Source: a virus
Taxonomy: Duplodnaviria > Caudoviricetes
Length of the DNA: 64,000 nt
IMG/VR virus record: IMGVR_UViG_2892966740_000006
Coordinates: 22,938-86,937 of that record
Strand: one strand, 5' to 3'
Made by a program: the position numbers and the translations under genes. Below, in pieces: positions 40,366 through 51,487 of this stretch. Below the pieces are notes generated by a model that saw only the letters and a list, made by a program, of their open reading frames with translations, did not search any database and had not been told where the DNA came from. Within the stretch, counting starts at the first letter, position 1, and each line of letters starts with the position of its first letter.

Positions 40366-41592
40366 CATCCGCCTGACCGTTCCGCAAGAGGACTTCGTGT
40401 TCTCGCCTGCCAAGTTTCCAGCCTTCGTCGGCGGGTTTGGAGCCGGAAAGTCAGAGGCGCTGGTCACACGCCTGCTGTTGCTAAAGCTGCGCTACCCCGG
40501 AAACGATGTTGGCTACTTCGCCCCGACCTATGACCTGATCCGCCTGATTGCCTGGCATCGCTTTGCCGAGAAGCTGGAGCAGTGGGGTATCCCGCACAAG
40601 CTCAACAAGTCGGAAAACACTCTGGCTGTTCATGGTGCGGGCCGAGTGATCTTCCGCACGCTCGATAACCCCGACCGCATCGTCGGCTTCGAGATCGGCG
40701 ATGCCGGAATCGATGAATTCGACACACTGGCCGAGAAGCAGGCCGACAACGCCCGGAACAAGGTTTTGGCGCGCTGCGCAAGAAGCCTGACGGACTGCCC
40801 AATACCTGCTGCGTGGCGACCACGCCGGAAGGCTTCCGTGCGACGTACCGCAAGTGGGTGAGGGACGCCAAGGCCGAATATGCACTGTACCGCGCGCCCA
40901 CGCTGTCGAATCCGTACCTGCCAGCCGATTACGTCGATGGGCTGCGCCAGACCTACCCGCCTAACCTGCTGTCGGCCTACATCGAAGGCCAGTTCGTCAA
41001 CCTGAACTCCGGCGCGGTCTACCCAGACTTCGACCGCCAACTTAATGGCTGTGACACGCTGATACAGCCGTTCGAACCCATCGACGCGGGGGTGGACTTC
41101 AACGTCTACAACTGCACGGCCATCCTCTACGTCCAGCGTGGCGACGAGTACCACGCTGTCGGCGAGCTGACCGGCGTCAGGGATACACCGACACTGGCGC
41201 GGATGCTGGTCGAGCGCTTCCCGGATAACCCGGTGACGGTCTACCCCGACGCCTCTGGGCAGGGGCACAAGTCGGTCAATGCGGCGCTGTCCGACCTCGC
41301 CATCCTGAAGGCCGTGAGCCTTACGGTGCGGGCGAACGGCACTAATCCCGCCGTGCGCGACCGCCGGCCGCGATGAACGCGCTGATTCAGGACGGCGCCG
41401 GGCGGCGACGGCTAAAGGTCAACACGATGGCCTGCCCGAAATACACCGAGACACTGGAGCAGCAGGCATACGGTCCGAACGGCGAGCCGGACAAGACATC
41501 CGGGCTTGACCACGCGGGCGATGCCATTAAGCGGCTATCCGGTGGCCTTCAAATTCCCTGTGCTACGTCGCGCAGGCTTTACCGTGGCGTAA
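40349..41592 (+). CDS. Terminase large subunit (frameshifted)
   Basis: GGFGAGKS, IDE, TTPEGF, GVDFN, YPDASG, DHAGDA. Confidence 0.9.
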
Positions 41593-41594
41593 AC

Positions 41595-42875
41595 ATGGCA
41601 AAACTATTCGACAACCTCAAGCGTATGGCTGGACGATTGCGCAAACAGCCGATGCGCGATACCACCAGCTACGCGATGCTGCGGCGCATCGGCCTCAGCC
41701 AAGTCAGCAAGGCCCGTCCGCTGCCAAAGCCGACGCTAACCAATCTGCGCGCGCTCAGTCACACCCCGTACTGCCGCCGCGCCATCAACGCGGTCAAGGG
41801 ACGGCTGGTGCATCTGCAGTGGGAAGTAAGGCCGGTCAAGGGCGTGAAGCTTAACGCCGAGCTACAGCGACAGATCGACATCGCTACCGCCTGCCTGATG
41901 CAGCCGAACGGCGACGACTCGCTGCGCACGCTACTGGAGCAGGTTGCCGAGGACTGGATGATCTTCGGTGCTGGTTGCTACGAGCAGCAGGCGGCGAGCG
42001 ACCCGAACCGGCCAGTATGGCTGTGGCCGGTAGATGCACAGTCCATCCAGATTTTCCCGCTGTGGTCTGGTGGCCCGAACGAGGCCCGCTACGCGCAGGA
42101 AATCGGCTATGGCCAACTGAATCTGCTGCGCAATGACGAGCTGGTCTATCTGCGCGCCAATCCATCGACGGCAACGCCATATGGCTACGGCCCGGTCGAG
42201 ATCGCTTTCCGCGATATCTCGCGCCTACTGGGCGCGCAGGAGTACGCCGGACAGGTGGCCAGCAATGCCGCGCCATCGCAGATCATCGCACTGCTTGGTG
42301 CCGATCAGACTGCCGTCGATACGTTCCGTGGTTACTGGACCAACGAGATCGAGGGAAAGGGCATGACGCCAATTGCTGGCGCAGAGTCCGTTGGTGGTCA
42401 AGCTGACATCAAGGTACTACCGCTACACCCGAACAACGACAGCGCCCTATTCCTGCAATGGCAGAACCTGCTTATTCGCAGTATCGCCGCCGCGTTCGAC
42501 CTGTCACCGGCAAACCTTGGCGCCGAGGACCACCAGAACCGAGCCACCGCCGAAGTGGCGGAAGAGCGCGATATGGACAGCGCCGTCCGCCCGTTGGCGT
42601 CTCTGCTGGCGTCGCACCTGACCCGCGAAACGATTCAGGGCCTGATGGGATTCAGTCAACTGGAGATCGTGCCGCTTGGGCTGGATCGTGATGATGAGAA
42701 GGCTGGAGCTGAGGTGTTCAAAATCGAATACACCGGAAACGCCATCACTCCTAACGAATACCGCGAGCGACGCGGCATGCCACCGCACAAGAGTGACGTG
42801 GCGAACATGCTATTCACCGATGCCAGGCCAAGTATGGCTTGCTTAGCCATCGATAAAACCACACCGCAAGGATGA
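41595..42875 (+). CDS. Portal protein
   Basis: LWPVD, YGYGPVE, ITPNEYR; follows terminase. Confidence 0.88.
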   Translation: MAKLFDNLKRMAGRLRKQPMRDTTSYAMLRRIGLSQVSKARPLPKPTLTNLRALSHTPYCRRAINAVKGRLVHLQWEVRPVKGVKLNAELQRQIDIATACLMQPNGDDSLRTLLEQVAEDWMIFGAGCYEQQAASDPNRPVWLWPVDAQSIQIFPLWSGGPNEARYAQEIGYGQLNLLRNDELVYLRANPSTATPYGYGPVEIAFRDISRLLGAQEYAGQVASNAAPSQIIALLGADQTAVDTFRGYWTNEIEGKGMTPIAGAESVGGQADIKVLPLHPNNDSALFLQWQNLLIRSIAAAFDLSPANLGAEDHQNRATAEVAEERDMDSAVRPLASLLASHLTRETIQGLMGFSQLEIVPLGLDRDDEKAGAEVFKIEYTGNAITPNEYRERRGMPPHKSDVANMLFTDARPSMACLAIDKTTPQG

Positions 42876-43091
42876 CCAATATGGCCGCAGCCAAAAAGAC
42901 GATTCGCAGGAAGCGAAGACCGGACTGATCGAGCAAATTACCGCTGATGTACGTGAGCTGGCCGTCGCTGGAAAGCACACCGAGGAAGCGGCGCTGTCTA
43001 CCGTACTCGCTCGCCTGCATAGCCTGAAAACCGCCATGGTTGGCGTCGAGCATGAGGCGCTTGGCGAGATTAAGTCGCTGCTGGGCTGACC

Positions 43092-43915
43092 ATGGACCCG
43101 ATCGAACAAAACGATCTACCGCCAGACGGCGAGCAGGATAAACCGGATGAGTCAGACAGCCACAAGGCGCTGATCGCGGCCATCCTGCTTGCCCTGCTTG
43201 GCTTCCAGCGCGATTACTTGCTGCTGTATTTCCCTCCTGAAGGGAATGAGCGGCCAGACCTGTCGCCGTATGCGCCGTCAGGACCAAATGGCTCTCCATC
43301 TCGAGGCCCCTCGTCACCCAATCCGCACCGACCGCCATCCGGACAGCCATCGCCGCACGCGCCAACCCTGAGCACTGACAGTCTGAAAAGCGACTCGCAG
43401 CGCATCGCCGACTGGATGGCTCGTGAGATCAGCGACACGCTACAGAAGCGTGCCGCCGCGGCTGCTGCCAAAGCTAGGCTCGATGGGCTGGACGAAGAAG
43501 GAATAAAGGACGCTATCAAGAAGGTGGTCGAGTCCGATGCGCTGGCCGATGTATGGGCCAATGCGCTGGCGACCACGCTACTCGGCGCCGCTTCGCTGGA
43601 TACCGCCGAACAGATCGGCGTTGGCACGATGACCGGACAACGCAGCGAGATAACCGCGTGCGTGACACACACCGGGAAATGGATGGCCAGCAGCGTGCGC
43701 CGGGCGAGGAATTCGAATCACCCAGCGGCGCTACGGCACTGCACCCGGGCGGATTCGGTGACTGGAGCGAGGATGCGAACTGCCGATGCCAGCTCATTCC
43801 GTCAGACGGACAGCACGATGCTACATGGCACCGTTTCGAGCAAATCCGCGCTGATGCAGTGCCAGGACTGAAAGATGCCGTGCGCGAACTGATGAATTCT
43901 CACTTGGACGACTTG
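43092..43915 (+). CDS. Head morphogenesis protein (Mu F/SPP1 gp7-like), frameshifted
   Basis: DNRVRDTH...DGQ...HPG...ANCRC. Confidence 0.75.
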
Positions 43916-45067
43916 ATGAACATGACCAACATACAGGCCATGCGGTTTGACCTGTCCGCCATGGCCATCGCACTACCCGACGAGTCTCACCCGAACCGGC
44001 TGCCGTTCTCCGGTGTGCTGACCAAGGTAGGCGAACCGAGCGACAACCCGCCGGACGGAGCAAATGGCAGGCGTGTGCTGATCCCGACCGATGTAGCGGA
44101 GAAGGCGCTCGACAGCCTTGCCGCCATGGGGGTGGACTTCACTGCCGATTATTCCGGCCACGACCCGACCAAGAAGATCGGGGTCATCACCGCCGCTGAG
44201 ATTGAGGGAAACGACCTCACCATCAGCGGCTTTTTTTATGCGCAGGACTTCCCCGATGAAGTGGCGTTCATCCAGGCCAACAAGGACCGGCTCGGCTTCT
44301 CCTACGAGGCGCAAGTCATGGTCGAGGACCAAAACGCTAATCCTTTGACGGTTAGTCACTGTGTGTTCACTGGTGCAGCGGTGTTGTTCAAGGACAAGGC
44401 CGCCTACACAACCACCTCTCTTCAAGCATCAAAGGACTCCACCCAAATGGACGAACAACTGAAAGCGGCCCTTGAGGCCATCACCCAATCGGTGGCCGGA
44501 CTGGCTGCCGAAGTTGCAACCATCAAGGCCAGCGCCACCGTACAAGCCGGTTCCGTGCTGCATAAGGTCAAACCGCACAGCGACGCACTGCGCGCCTGCG
44601 CTGACAAGCTCGAAGCCGATGGCATCGGCGCTGACCCGAAGCGTGGCCATGTTGCCGTGCTCCGCCATATGGCCGACAGCATGGAGGCCTCCGCCTGCAC
44701 TGGCAACCTGCCGAACATCTATACCGGTGGCGATTTCTACTACGCCAGCGCCGAGCAGAAGGCCTACAAGAAGGTAGCCGAGCTGGAAAAGACCGTCGAT
44801 GACCTGTCGGCCAAGCTGGAAGCTGCCGCCACCGTCGCCGCTGACGCCAAGAAGGCTGCATTCAACGCTGCATCCGCTCCCGATCGCAAGACCGTGTCCC
44901 CGGTCATCGCTGCGCTGCTGAAGAAGGGCGGCATTACGCTGGAAGCTTCCGGTGACAACAAACTCAACGACACGCAACTGGATGCCGTGATGAAGGCCTC
45001 CGGCGCGAATACTCCGGCCCAGCGCATGGCCAAGAAACTCGAACTGCAAGCCGCCTACCTGCTGTAA
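43916..45067 (+). CDS. Prohead protease/scaffold
   Basis: H..KIGVI, LGFSYE, FTGAAVL, coiled-coil tail. Confidence 0.75.
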   Translation: MNMTNIQAMRFDLSAMAIALPDESHPNRLPFSGVLTKVGEPSDNPPDGANGRRVLIPTDVAEKALDSLAAMGVDFTADYSGHDPTKKIGVITAAEIEGNDLTISGFFYAQDFPDEVAFIQANKDRLGFSYEAQVMVEDQNANPLTVSHCVFTGAAVLFKDKAAYTTTSLQASKDSTQMDEQLKAALEAITQSVAGLAAEVATIKASATVQAGSVLHKVKPHSDALRACADKLEADGIGADPKRGHVAVLRHMADSMEASACTGNLPNIYTGGDFYYASAEQKAYKKVAELEKTVDDLSAKLEAAATVAADAKKAAFNAASAPDRKTVSPVIAALLKKGGITLEASGDNKLNDTQLDAVMKASGANTPAQRMAKKLELQAAYLL

Positions 45068-45079
45068 AGGAAACACGCA

Positions 45080-46055
45080 ATGACTGCACAATTCCAAAGC
45101 CTGAAGGCAGCCGCTGACCAGCTCGGTAACGGCGCCATCGAAGTACCGATGTTCCGGACGAGATCGTTGATCTGGTACGCCGCGAGTCGGTAGCCCTGCA
45201 GCGCATCCCGGCTGTGCTTACCACCGGTCACCCGCACCGCTACTTCGAGCAATCCGCTGTTGCGGCTGGCTCGTTTACCGACCCGCGCAGCATCACGCCG
45301 ACTCCGAGCGGCCCGACCCGCGTAGAACGCGCCCTGTTCATCAAGGCCATCGTCGCACAGACAAACATCGGCCTGTTCGACAAGGAAGTGACCCAACAGC
45401 AGGGCCAGTTCGCCAGCGTTGTCGCCAAGGACATCGAAGACGTGGCAAGCGGCATCATTCGCACCTCTGCCGCCGCGCTGTGGAACGGTAACGACACTTC
45501 GCTGACTGCCCCGACCACGACCCAATACATGGGCCTTCTGGCGCAGATCACGCAGCAATTTTCCGTTGCGTCTGGCGCATCCATCGTGGATGGCATCAAG
45601 ACTGCCGTGGCAACCATGCTGGCAGACACCACCCACAACGTCCGACCGAGCGCGATTTACCTGAATCCGCTGCTGATCGACCTGATCGAAAAAGAAGCCA
45701 AGTCGGTCAAGCTGGAATTCAACACCATCGAAGTGACGCCGGGCGTTACCGTCAAGGCCATCGCCACGCAGGCGCCCTGCCGCTCATTCCGGACCCGTTC
45801 ATCCCGACTGACAGCTCCGCCGCCTATGGCTTCACTGCGCCGACCGGTGGCACCAAGAACTACTACGCTGTGATCGTGACCGAGGACATGCTGGAGCGTG
45901 CCTATATTTCTGGTGAAACGCAGAACCCGAACCCGCGCGTGTTCCAGCTCGGTCTGCAATCGGCGCTGTCCGGCCAGTACGTCGGCGTGCTGTTCGATAA
46001 CATCGTCGCCAAGGCTGCCGCCTACGCTCACGCCGTGGTATGCGTGAACAAGTAA
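45080..46055 (+). CDS. Major capsid protein (frameshifted)
   Basis: Strong RBS, biased codons, position after scaffold. Confidence 0.75.
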
Positions 46056-46154
46056 TACCCAGCAGTAACCGCGAAAACTGATCCGGCCACGAGCCGGTAT
46101 TTTTTCGCCCACACCCCGGCCATGCGCCGGGGTTTCCCGTTTATGAGGCGACCA

Positions 46155-46373
46155 TGATTGTCTATCACCCTGTCACCCGCGACCGCACGACGCGCACCAT
46201 TTGCCAGCCCTGGAACCCTGTACCCGAACAGCGATTTTCTGGAGCCTGACGGCACGCCCAAAACGTTCGTCGTGGAGTTTCGCTACGGCAAGGCCGAGGT
46301 GGCTGACAATCTTGGGCGCTACCTAATTGACCAAGGGCTTGCACAAGAGTCCGTGATACTGATGGCGGCCTGA
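46155..46373 (+). CDS. Virion hypothetical protein
   Basis: RBS GAGG; position. Confidence 0.6.
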
Positions 46374-46374
46374 C

Positions 46375-47274
46375 ATGAGCTATGTGACCACAACCGAGGC
46401 GCAGGACTTCGGCGCCGAGCCCGATGTGACGCAGTCTCAACTTGATCAGGCTGGCCGGATGGTAGATGCCTACCTGAAGCGACCGGAAGGGCTGATCTAC
46501 GAGGTGGATGGAACCGGCAACCCTGTCTGCATGGCCGGGCTGTCACCGTCAGGATCGTTCACGGTGGGCGCGCTGTCTCCGGGTCTGAACGTTGCCGCCA
46601 CGCTGGCCGGGCCGGTGCAACTGCTGCAGGTGGGCGATGTGCTGATCGCAGATCGCGGTACGACTACTGCCGAGGCGCTGGTGATCGTCAGCCTGTCCGG
46701 AGCGAATGTGACATTCCGACGCGTGCGTTATGCCCACGACGGTACTCAGCCGCTGCTGTCCGGGCTGGCGCTGTCAGAGCAAAAGACCACGCCAAACGAC
46801 CGAGCCATCATTAGGCTGTCGCGCATTCCTGTGGCCGTTCCGCTATCCGGTGTTGGGCGCTACGGATACCGACACCGTGGGGATATCCCGCAGACAGACC
46901 CGAACACGCTGTTCGCGCTGTCGGTGACGTTCGGCGGCCCGCCGCGCTGGGAGGTGTTCGACCCAATCAATGCCGCAATTGACCCGCGCACCGGTCAGGT
47001 ATGGGTGCCAGCTGGTCTGCTGATGGCCTATTACGCCGAAGTGCGCCTGCACTATCTGGCCGGATGGTCTACCGCGCCAGACGCGATCAAGAGCGCCGTG
47101 TGCCGCATCGCCAACAACATCAGCCAGTACGGCTATGGCGTTCCGATGCAGGCCGAGCGCGTGGACGGAATCAGCTATACCCGCGCCAATGGAGGCAAGC
47201 TGGCCAACGGCGGAATGATCGACGCGGCAACCGAAGAGCTACTGCAGCCCTACCGCGTGAGGCCGCTGGCATGA
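46375..47274 (+). CDS. Head-tail connector protein
   Basis: VDAYL...YLAGW..PDAIKSAV...LLQPYR. Confidence 0.7.
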   Translation: MSYVTTTEAQDFGAEPDVTQSQLDQAGRMVDAYLKRPEGLIYEVDGTGNPVCMAGLSPSGSFTVGALSPGLNVAATLAGPVQLLQVGDVLIADRGTTTAEALVIVSLSGANVTFRRVRYAHDGTQPLLSGLALSEQKTTPNDRAIIRLSRIPVAVPLSGVGRYGYRHRGDIPQTDPNTLFALSVTFGGPPRWEVFDPINAAIDPRTGQVWVPAGLLMAYYAEVRLHYLAGWSTAPDAIKSAVCRIANNISQYGYGVPMQAERVDGISYTRANGGKLANGGMIDAATEELLQPYRVRPLA

Positions 47275-47618
47275 GCATCGCAAAGACCCTGCAAAACATG
47301 GTGCGGAAGCGCGGAACCAAGCTAACCGTCACCCACACGACCGCCAGCGCGTTCGACCCGGCTACCGGTGGTGTGACGCAGACAACGCAGTCCTCCACCG
47401 CCAAGGGCATCGTGTCCGCCGTCAACACGCGCGAGGTAAACGGCACGACGATCCAGCTCGGGGATAAGAAGGTACGTTTCTACGCACCAGATCTGAGCTT
47501 CGAGCCGGTCCCGAACGACAGCGTGACAATCGGCGGCCAGCCGTGGAACGTGTCTGATGTGCTGCCGACGTGGGAAGGTGATTCCGCTGTTTCGTATCTG
47601 CTGATTGTGAGGCGCTAA
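47271..47618 (+). CDS. Head closure/adaptor protein
   Basis: FDPATG...NGTTIQLGD. Confidence 0.7.
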   Translation: MSIAKTLQNMVRKRGTKLTVTHTTASAFDPATGGVTQTTQSSTAKGIVSAVNTREVNGTTIQLGDKKVRFYAPDLSFEPVPNDSVTIGGQPWNVSDVLPTWEGDSAVSYLLIVRR

Positions 47619-48112
47619 TGGGAGACTTCGGGCAGCAGGTCAAAGATGTGATGGATGCGTACAAAGCTCGGCTGCTTGCCGTTGCGCAGTCCAGCATCTC
47701 AGACCTGACAGACGAAGTACTGTTCATGGCGCGAACGCCTGTCGATACCGGTGCGTTTCTAGGGAACATGAACGCGAGTATAGGCAGCCCTGATTCATCA
47801 TTCAGCCAAGGGAAAACCGATCCTGACGGCGATAGAACCCGCTCTGCCATACAGCAGACCATCATGGCTGTTGCGCTGGGTGATGTGTTCTACCTGACTA
47901 ATGGGGCGCCCTATGGGCCAGTCTTGGAATATGGCCTCTACCCTAACCCGCCGAAAGGCGGAACCGGAAAGACCACCGGCGGATTCTCGACGCAGGCCCC
48001 GGCTAACGTGTTCCGAGTATCGGTTGCCAAGTGGGATGAGATCGTGAAGAAGAACGCACAAGGGCTTAATGCCTCCGGCCTAACCGCTACGTTTACTGGT
48101 GGTAAGAAATGA
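47618..48112 (+). CDS. HK97 gp10-like neck protein
   Basis: TPVDTG...NGAPY..LEYG...STQAP. Confidence 0.8.
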   Translation: MGDFGQQVKDVMDAYKARLLAVAQSSISDLTDEVLFMARTPVDTGAFLGNMNASIGSPDSSFSQGKTDPDGDRTRSAIQQTIMAVALGDVFYLTNGAPYGPVLEYGLYPNPPKGGTGKTTGGFSTQAPANVFRVSVAKWDEIVKKNAQGLNASGLTATFTGGKK

Positions 48113-48506
48113 CCGAAAACGACGTCCTTTCCGCGCTGCGCACCCGACTGGCCGCGCTTAAGGCCCCACCGATCGCATGGCCTGGTGTGCCGTTCACGCA
48201 TGCCAGCTCTATCTGGCCTTCGCTGATCTTCCGGTGAGCGAGTCAGCCGCAGGCATTGGTGAAAACGCGCCTAACCTGCTGCGCGGAATCCTACAGGTGA
48301 CGGTCGCCGGGCCGTCAGGTGTCGGTACGCAAGCGACCGATGCAGTATCGCAAGCCGTAATGCAGCACTTCAAACGCGGAACGGTGATTCCGGCTGGAGA
48401 CGGTTATGTGCGCGTTGAGTCGGTGAAGCGCGCGCCGATCATCATGGGTGACGCATGGGTAAACCGCCCCGTCAGCATCACCTACTACGCCTACACGACA
48501 AACTAG
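48109..48506 (+). CDS. Tail terminator-like protein (frameshifted)
   Basis: IAWP...GILQV...HFKRG...PVSI. Confidence 0.7.
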
Positions 48507-48578
48507 CCCGCGCGAGCGGGATGTAACGATCACTGCCCGCCATTTGGTGGGCTTTTTCATTTGTTTGAAGGATGAGAC

Positions 48579-49774
48579 ATGCCCGCCATTGTCATTCCCG
48601 CTTACAGTAAAACCCGGCTGGCCATCTGCGCCGAAACCACGCCCGGAACGCTGCTTAAGCTAACCCGGTTTTCATGACCCGACGCATCGAGTCGCTGAAA
48701 CCGAACTTTGCCCGATCGAACATGAAATCGAGCGAAATTACTCAGACGCGCCAGATCCTGTCGATGCGTCTCGGAACGCATTCCGCCAGCTACCAGTACG
48801 CCGCGCCGCTGATCTTGGGCAACCTTGATGCCGAGATTCAGGCAGCGTTCTCCAGCGCCCGGCAGTCCCCGACTTCCACCGGCTCGTTCGCGGCCGTCGC
48901 TGCCTCGCAGACCATCACCCGCTCGACGGGGTCATGGCTGACCGATGGCTTCCTTGTCGGCGACATGGTCAAGCTTTCAGGCTTCACCGTGACGGATAAC
49001 AACAGCATGGTGGCGATGGTCACTGCACTGACGGCCACCACCATGACGGTGGACGTGCTCAAGCCGACCGATGCCACCACGCTGCTGGATGATGCGGCGG
49101 CAGCTTACCGCACCGTGGCACTGGCTGGCAAGCGCGTCTCAGTTGGCAATGCCGCGCTGACCACCTTCGGCATTGAGCACTACCTGCCGGATAACAGCGT
49201 CTATGAGCTGTTCAGCGGCATGGCCGTGAACAAGCTGCAGATCGATGCCAAGCCGGGCGACATGGTCAAGGCGACGATTGATTTCGTTGGCCTTACCTCG
49301 ACGATTGGCAGCGCTCCTCAGGCTGGTGCCACCTACACATCCGCACCGACGAACGACCCGATGGATGCGTTCAGCGGCAAGCTGTACGTCGGCGGCGTGG
49401 CGTCTGGCAACATCACCACGCTGCAAGTCTCGCTCGACAACGGCCGCAAAACTGCTGACGGCGTAGTCGGGTCACCCGTCGCCCCGGGGCTGATCGAAGG
49501 CACCAACGACACGCAGGTTTCGTTGACCGCCTACTTCAGTGACAACTCGCTGGCCAACGCCTTCCGCAACGAGCAGTCAATTGCCATCGATGTTCCGTTC
49601 TTCGACCCGAACGGCACCGACTTCATCAAGCTGCGCATGGGTAACGTGAAGATCACCAGCGTTGACGAAGGCATCCAGATGAACGGCTACGTGCTGCTGA
49701 CCATCAAGGGACAGGCGCTGCTGGATTCGGCATCAGGAACCAACTGCATCCTGCAGCGCAGCAATACGCCGTAA
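48579..49774 (+). CDS. Major tail tube protein (split at GCTTAAGC 48653)
   Basis: ETTPGT, SSEI, FSGMAVN; precedes chaperones. Confidence 0.85.
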
Positions 49775-49840
49775 CCGTCAACGACTTGCGCCCGCGCCTC
49801 TCTCCAAGGGGCCGGGCTTTTTCTTTGCCTTGGAGGCTAC

Positions 49841-50598
49841 ATGGACATTTCCGCACTCAATCTGACCGACAAAGCCGATCAGCCGAAGCCGGTAGAAATT
49901 TACCACCCTATCACCGGTGAAAAGACTGACATCGTGATCAACATTGTTGGCCGCGAGTCGACACAAGCACGCCGATTTGGACGCAAGGTACGGCAGGACA
50001 TGTTCCAGCGTGCGCAGGAGCACTGGAAACAGGGAAAGGAAGTTCCAGCGCTGTCCGATGATGAGGAGGACGAGCTGGATGCCAGTCAGCTGGCCGCCAT
50101 CATTACCGGATGGGATGGCATCGAGAAAGATGGCCAGCCGTACCCGTACAGCCAGGACAACGCGCTGGAACTGATGCGCACCTATCCGTGGATGGCGCGC
50201 CAGATCGACAAGGCACACAAGGATGACGAGCTTTTTTTCGGGAGCAAGCCGGACGCCTGATTGAGTGGGCACGGCACTACTTCGAGCTGAATCTGCCCGG
50301 TAAGGACGGAATTGCCCTCAAGTCGCATCTGGAAAGCGTGGAGAAGGCTACCGGTATCCGCCCGCCTGATCTTGATCCACCGTGTTCATTCCCTGCCCTG
50401 CTTGAGCCGGTGTGGCGATGGTTTGGTGAGCTGTCACAGTGCCGAGGCAACAACGGCTATGGGCCATTGCCGATCACCTATCAGGACATGGCAGCGTGGC
50501 AGGCATTGACCGGTGAAACGCCGACGTCGGAAGAAGTCAGGCTGATCATGGCGCTGGACGGGGAGTTCTTCTCTGTTCGAGCTGAGCGTGAAAAATAG
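49841..50598 (+). CDS. Tail assembly chaperones G/GT via -1 frameshift
   Basis: Slippery T TTT TTC at 50233-50239; -1 frame open to 50598. Confidence 0.8.
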
Positions 50599-50623
50599 GA
50601 CGGTTGTACGCTATGCTGTTGTG

Positions 50624-51007
50624 ATGGAAGTCGCCCTCATCATCCTGCTTGTTGTTATCGTCATCGCCAAACTGGCGCAGCCATCCGTGCGCGTCATGAT
50701 CGTGATGACAGGGCAGCCGGAGGAAGATTACCAACCGCCTGAGCCTACTCCACCTGATGACCCGTACAAGCCAATATCGGTTGACCTTGAGTATCTATCC
50801 ACGCTCAAGGGGGAAACGCAGGTTCAGCTAATGAGGATTGCTGCAGAAGATCACCTGCGCTGCATTCGGCTGGCTATCAAGGACAGAAAGCCTGATGTGG
50901 CCCGCCGTATTCTGCGATCGCTGATCGAGCAGTTCCCTGACGCCAAGATAAACGGAGTGGAACGAATGGAGCAGATCATCGCTGAGATGGAGCGGAATAA
51001 ATCTTAA
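50624..51007 (+). CDS. Membrane-anchored hypothetical protein (moron)
   Basis: N-terminal TM helix. Confidence 0.55.
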   Translation: MEVALIILLVVIVIAKLAQPSVRVMIVMTGQPEEDYQPPEPTPPDDPYKPISVDLEYLSTLKGETQVQLMRIAAEDHLRCIRLAIKDRKPDVARRILRSLIEQFPDAKINGVERMEQIIAEMERNKS

Positions 51008-51065
51008 AATTTCGCTCGTTGATGGCATGGTGATAGGATGATGGCATCTAATGTTTGGTGTAGCC

Positions 51066-51407
51066 ATGGACACATTTATTGATATTTGCGTTGCCATCGC
51101 TTTTTTCGGCGTGGCTATTTATCTTTATTTCCTGCCATCAACTATCGCAAGAAAGAACTTTCATCCAGACGCTGGCGCTATTTTCCTTGTGAACTTTTTA
51201 CTAGGATGGATGCTTATACCTTGGGTTATCTGCCTTGCTTGGGCAAACAAAGAAAAAGAGCCGATAGACCTGAAAAACGGAGACGTGGTATTCGGCAAGA
51301 AGTACAAGTCATGCCCATATTGCGGTGAGACAGTGCTGTCCGTCGCCATAAAGTGCAAGCACTGCGGAAGCGACATCAGCAGTAAACCGGAAGTTTCTGA
51401 CGCATAG
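51066..51407 (+). CDS. Superinfection immunity (T4 Imm-like) protein with Zn ribbon
   Basis: LYFLPSTIA...IFLVNFLLGW..PWVICLAWA; CPYC..CKHC. Confidence 0.8.
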   Translation: MDTFIDICVAIAFFGVAIYLYFLPSTIARKNFHPDAGAIFLVNFLLGWMLIPWVICLAWANKEKEPIDLKNGDVVFGKKYKSCPYCGETVLSVAIKCKHCGSDISSKPEVSDA

Positions 51408-51487
51408 ACACCATAACCCGTTCCGGCGGGTTTTCATTTTCAAGCCTCGCAACTAATGCGGGGCTTTTTTATTGCCCTGGAGCAAAC

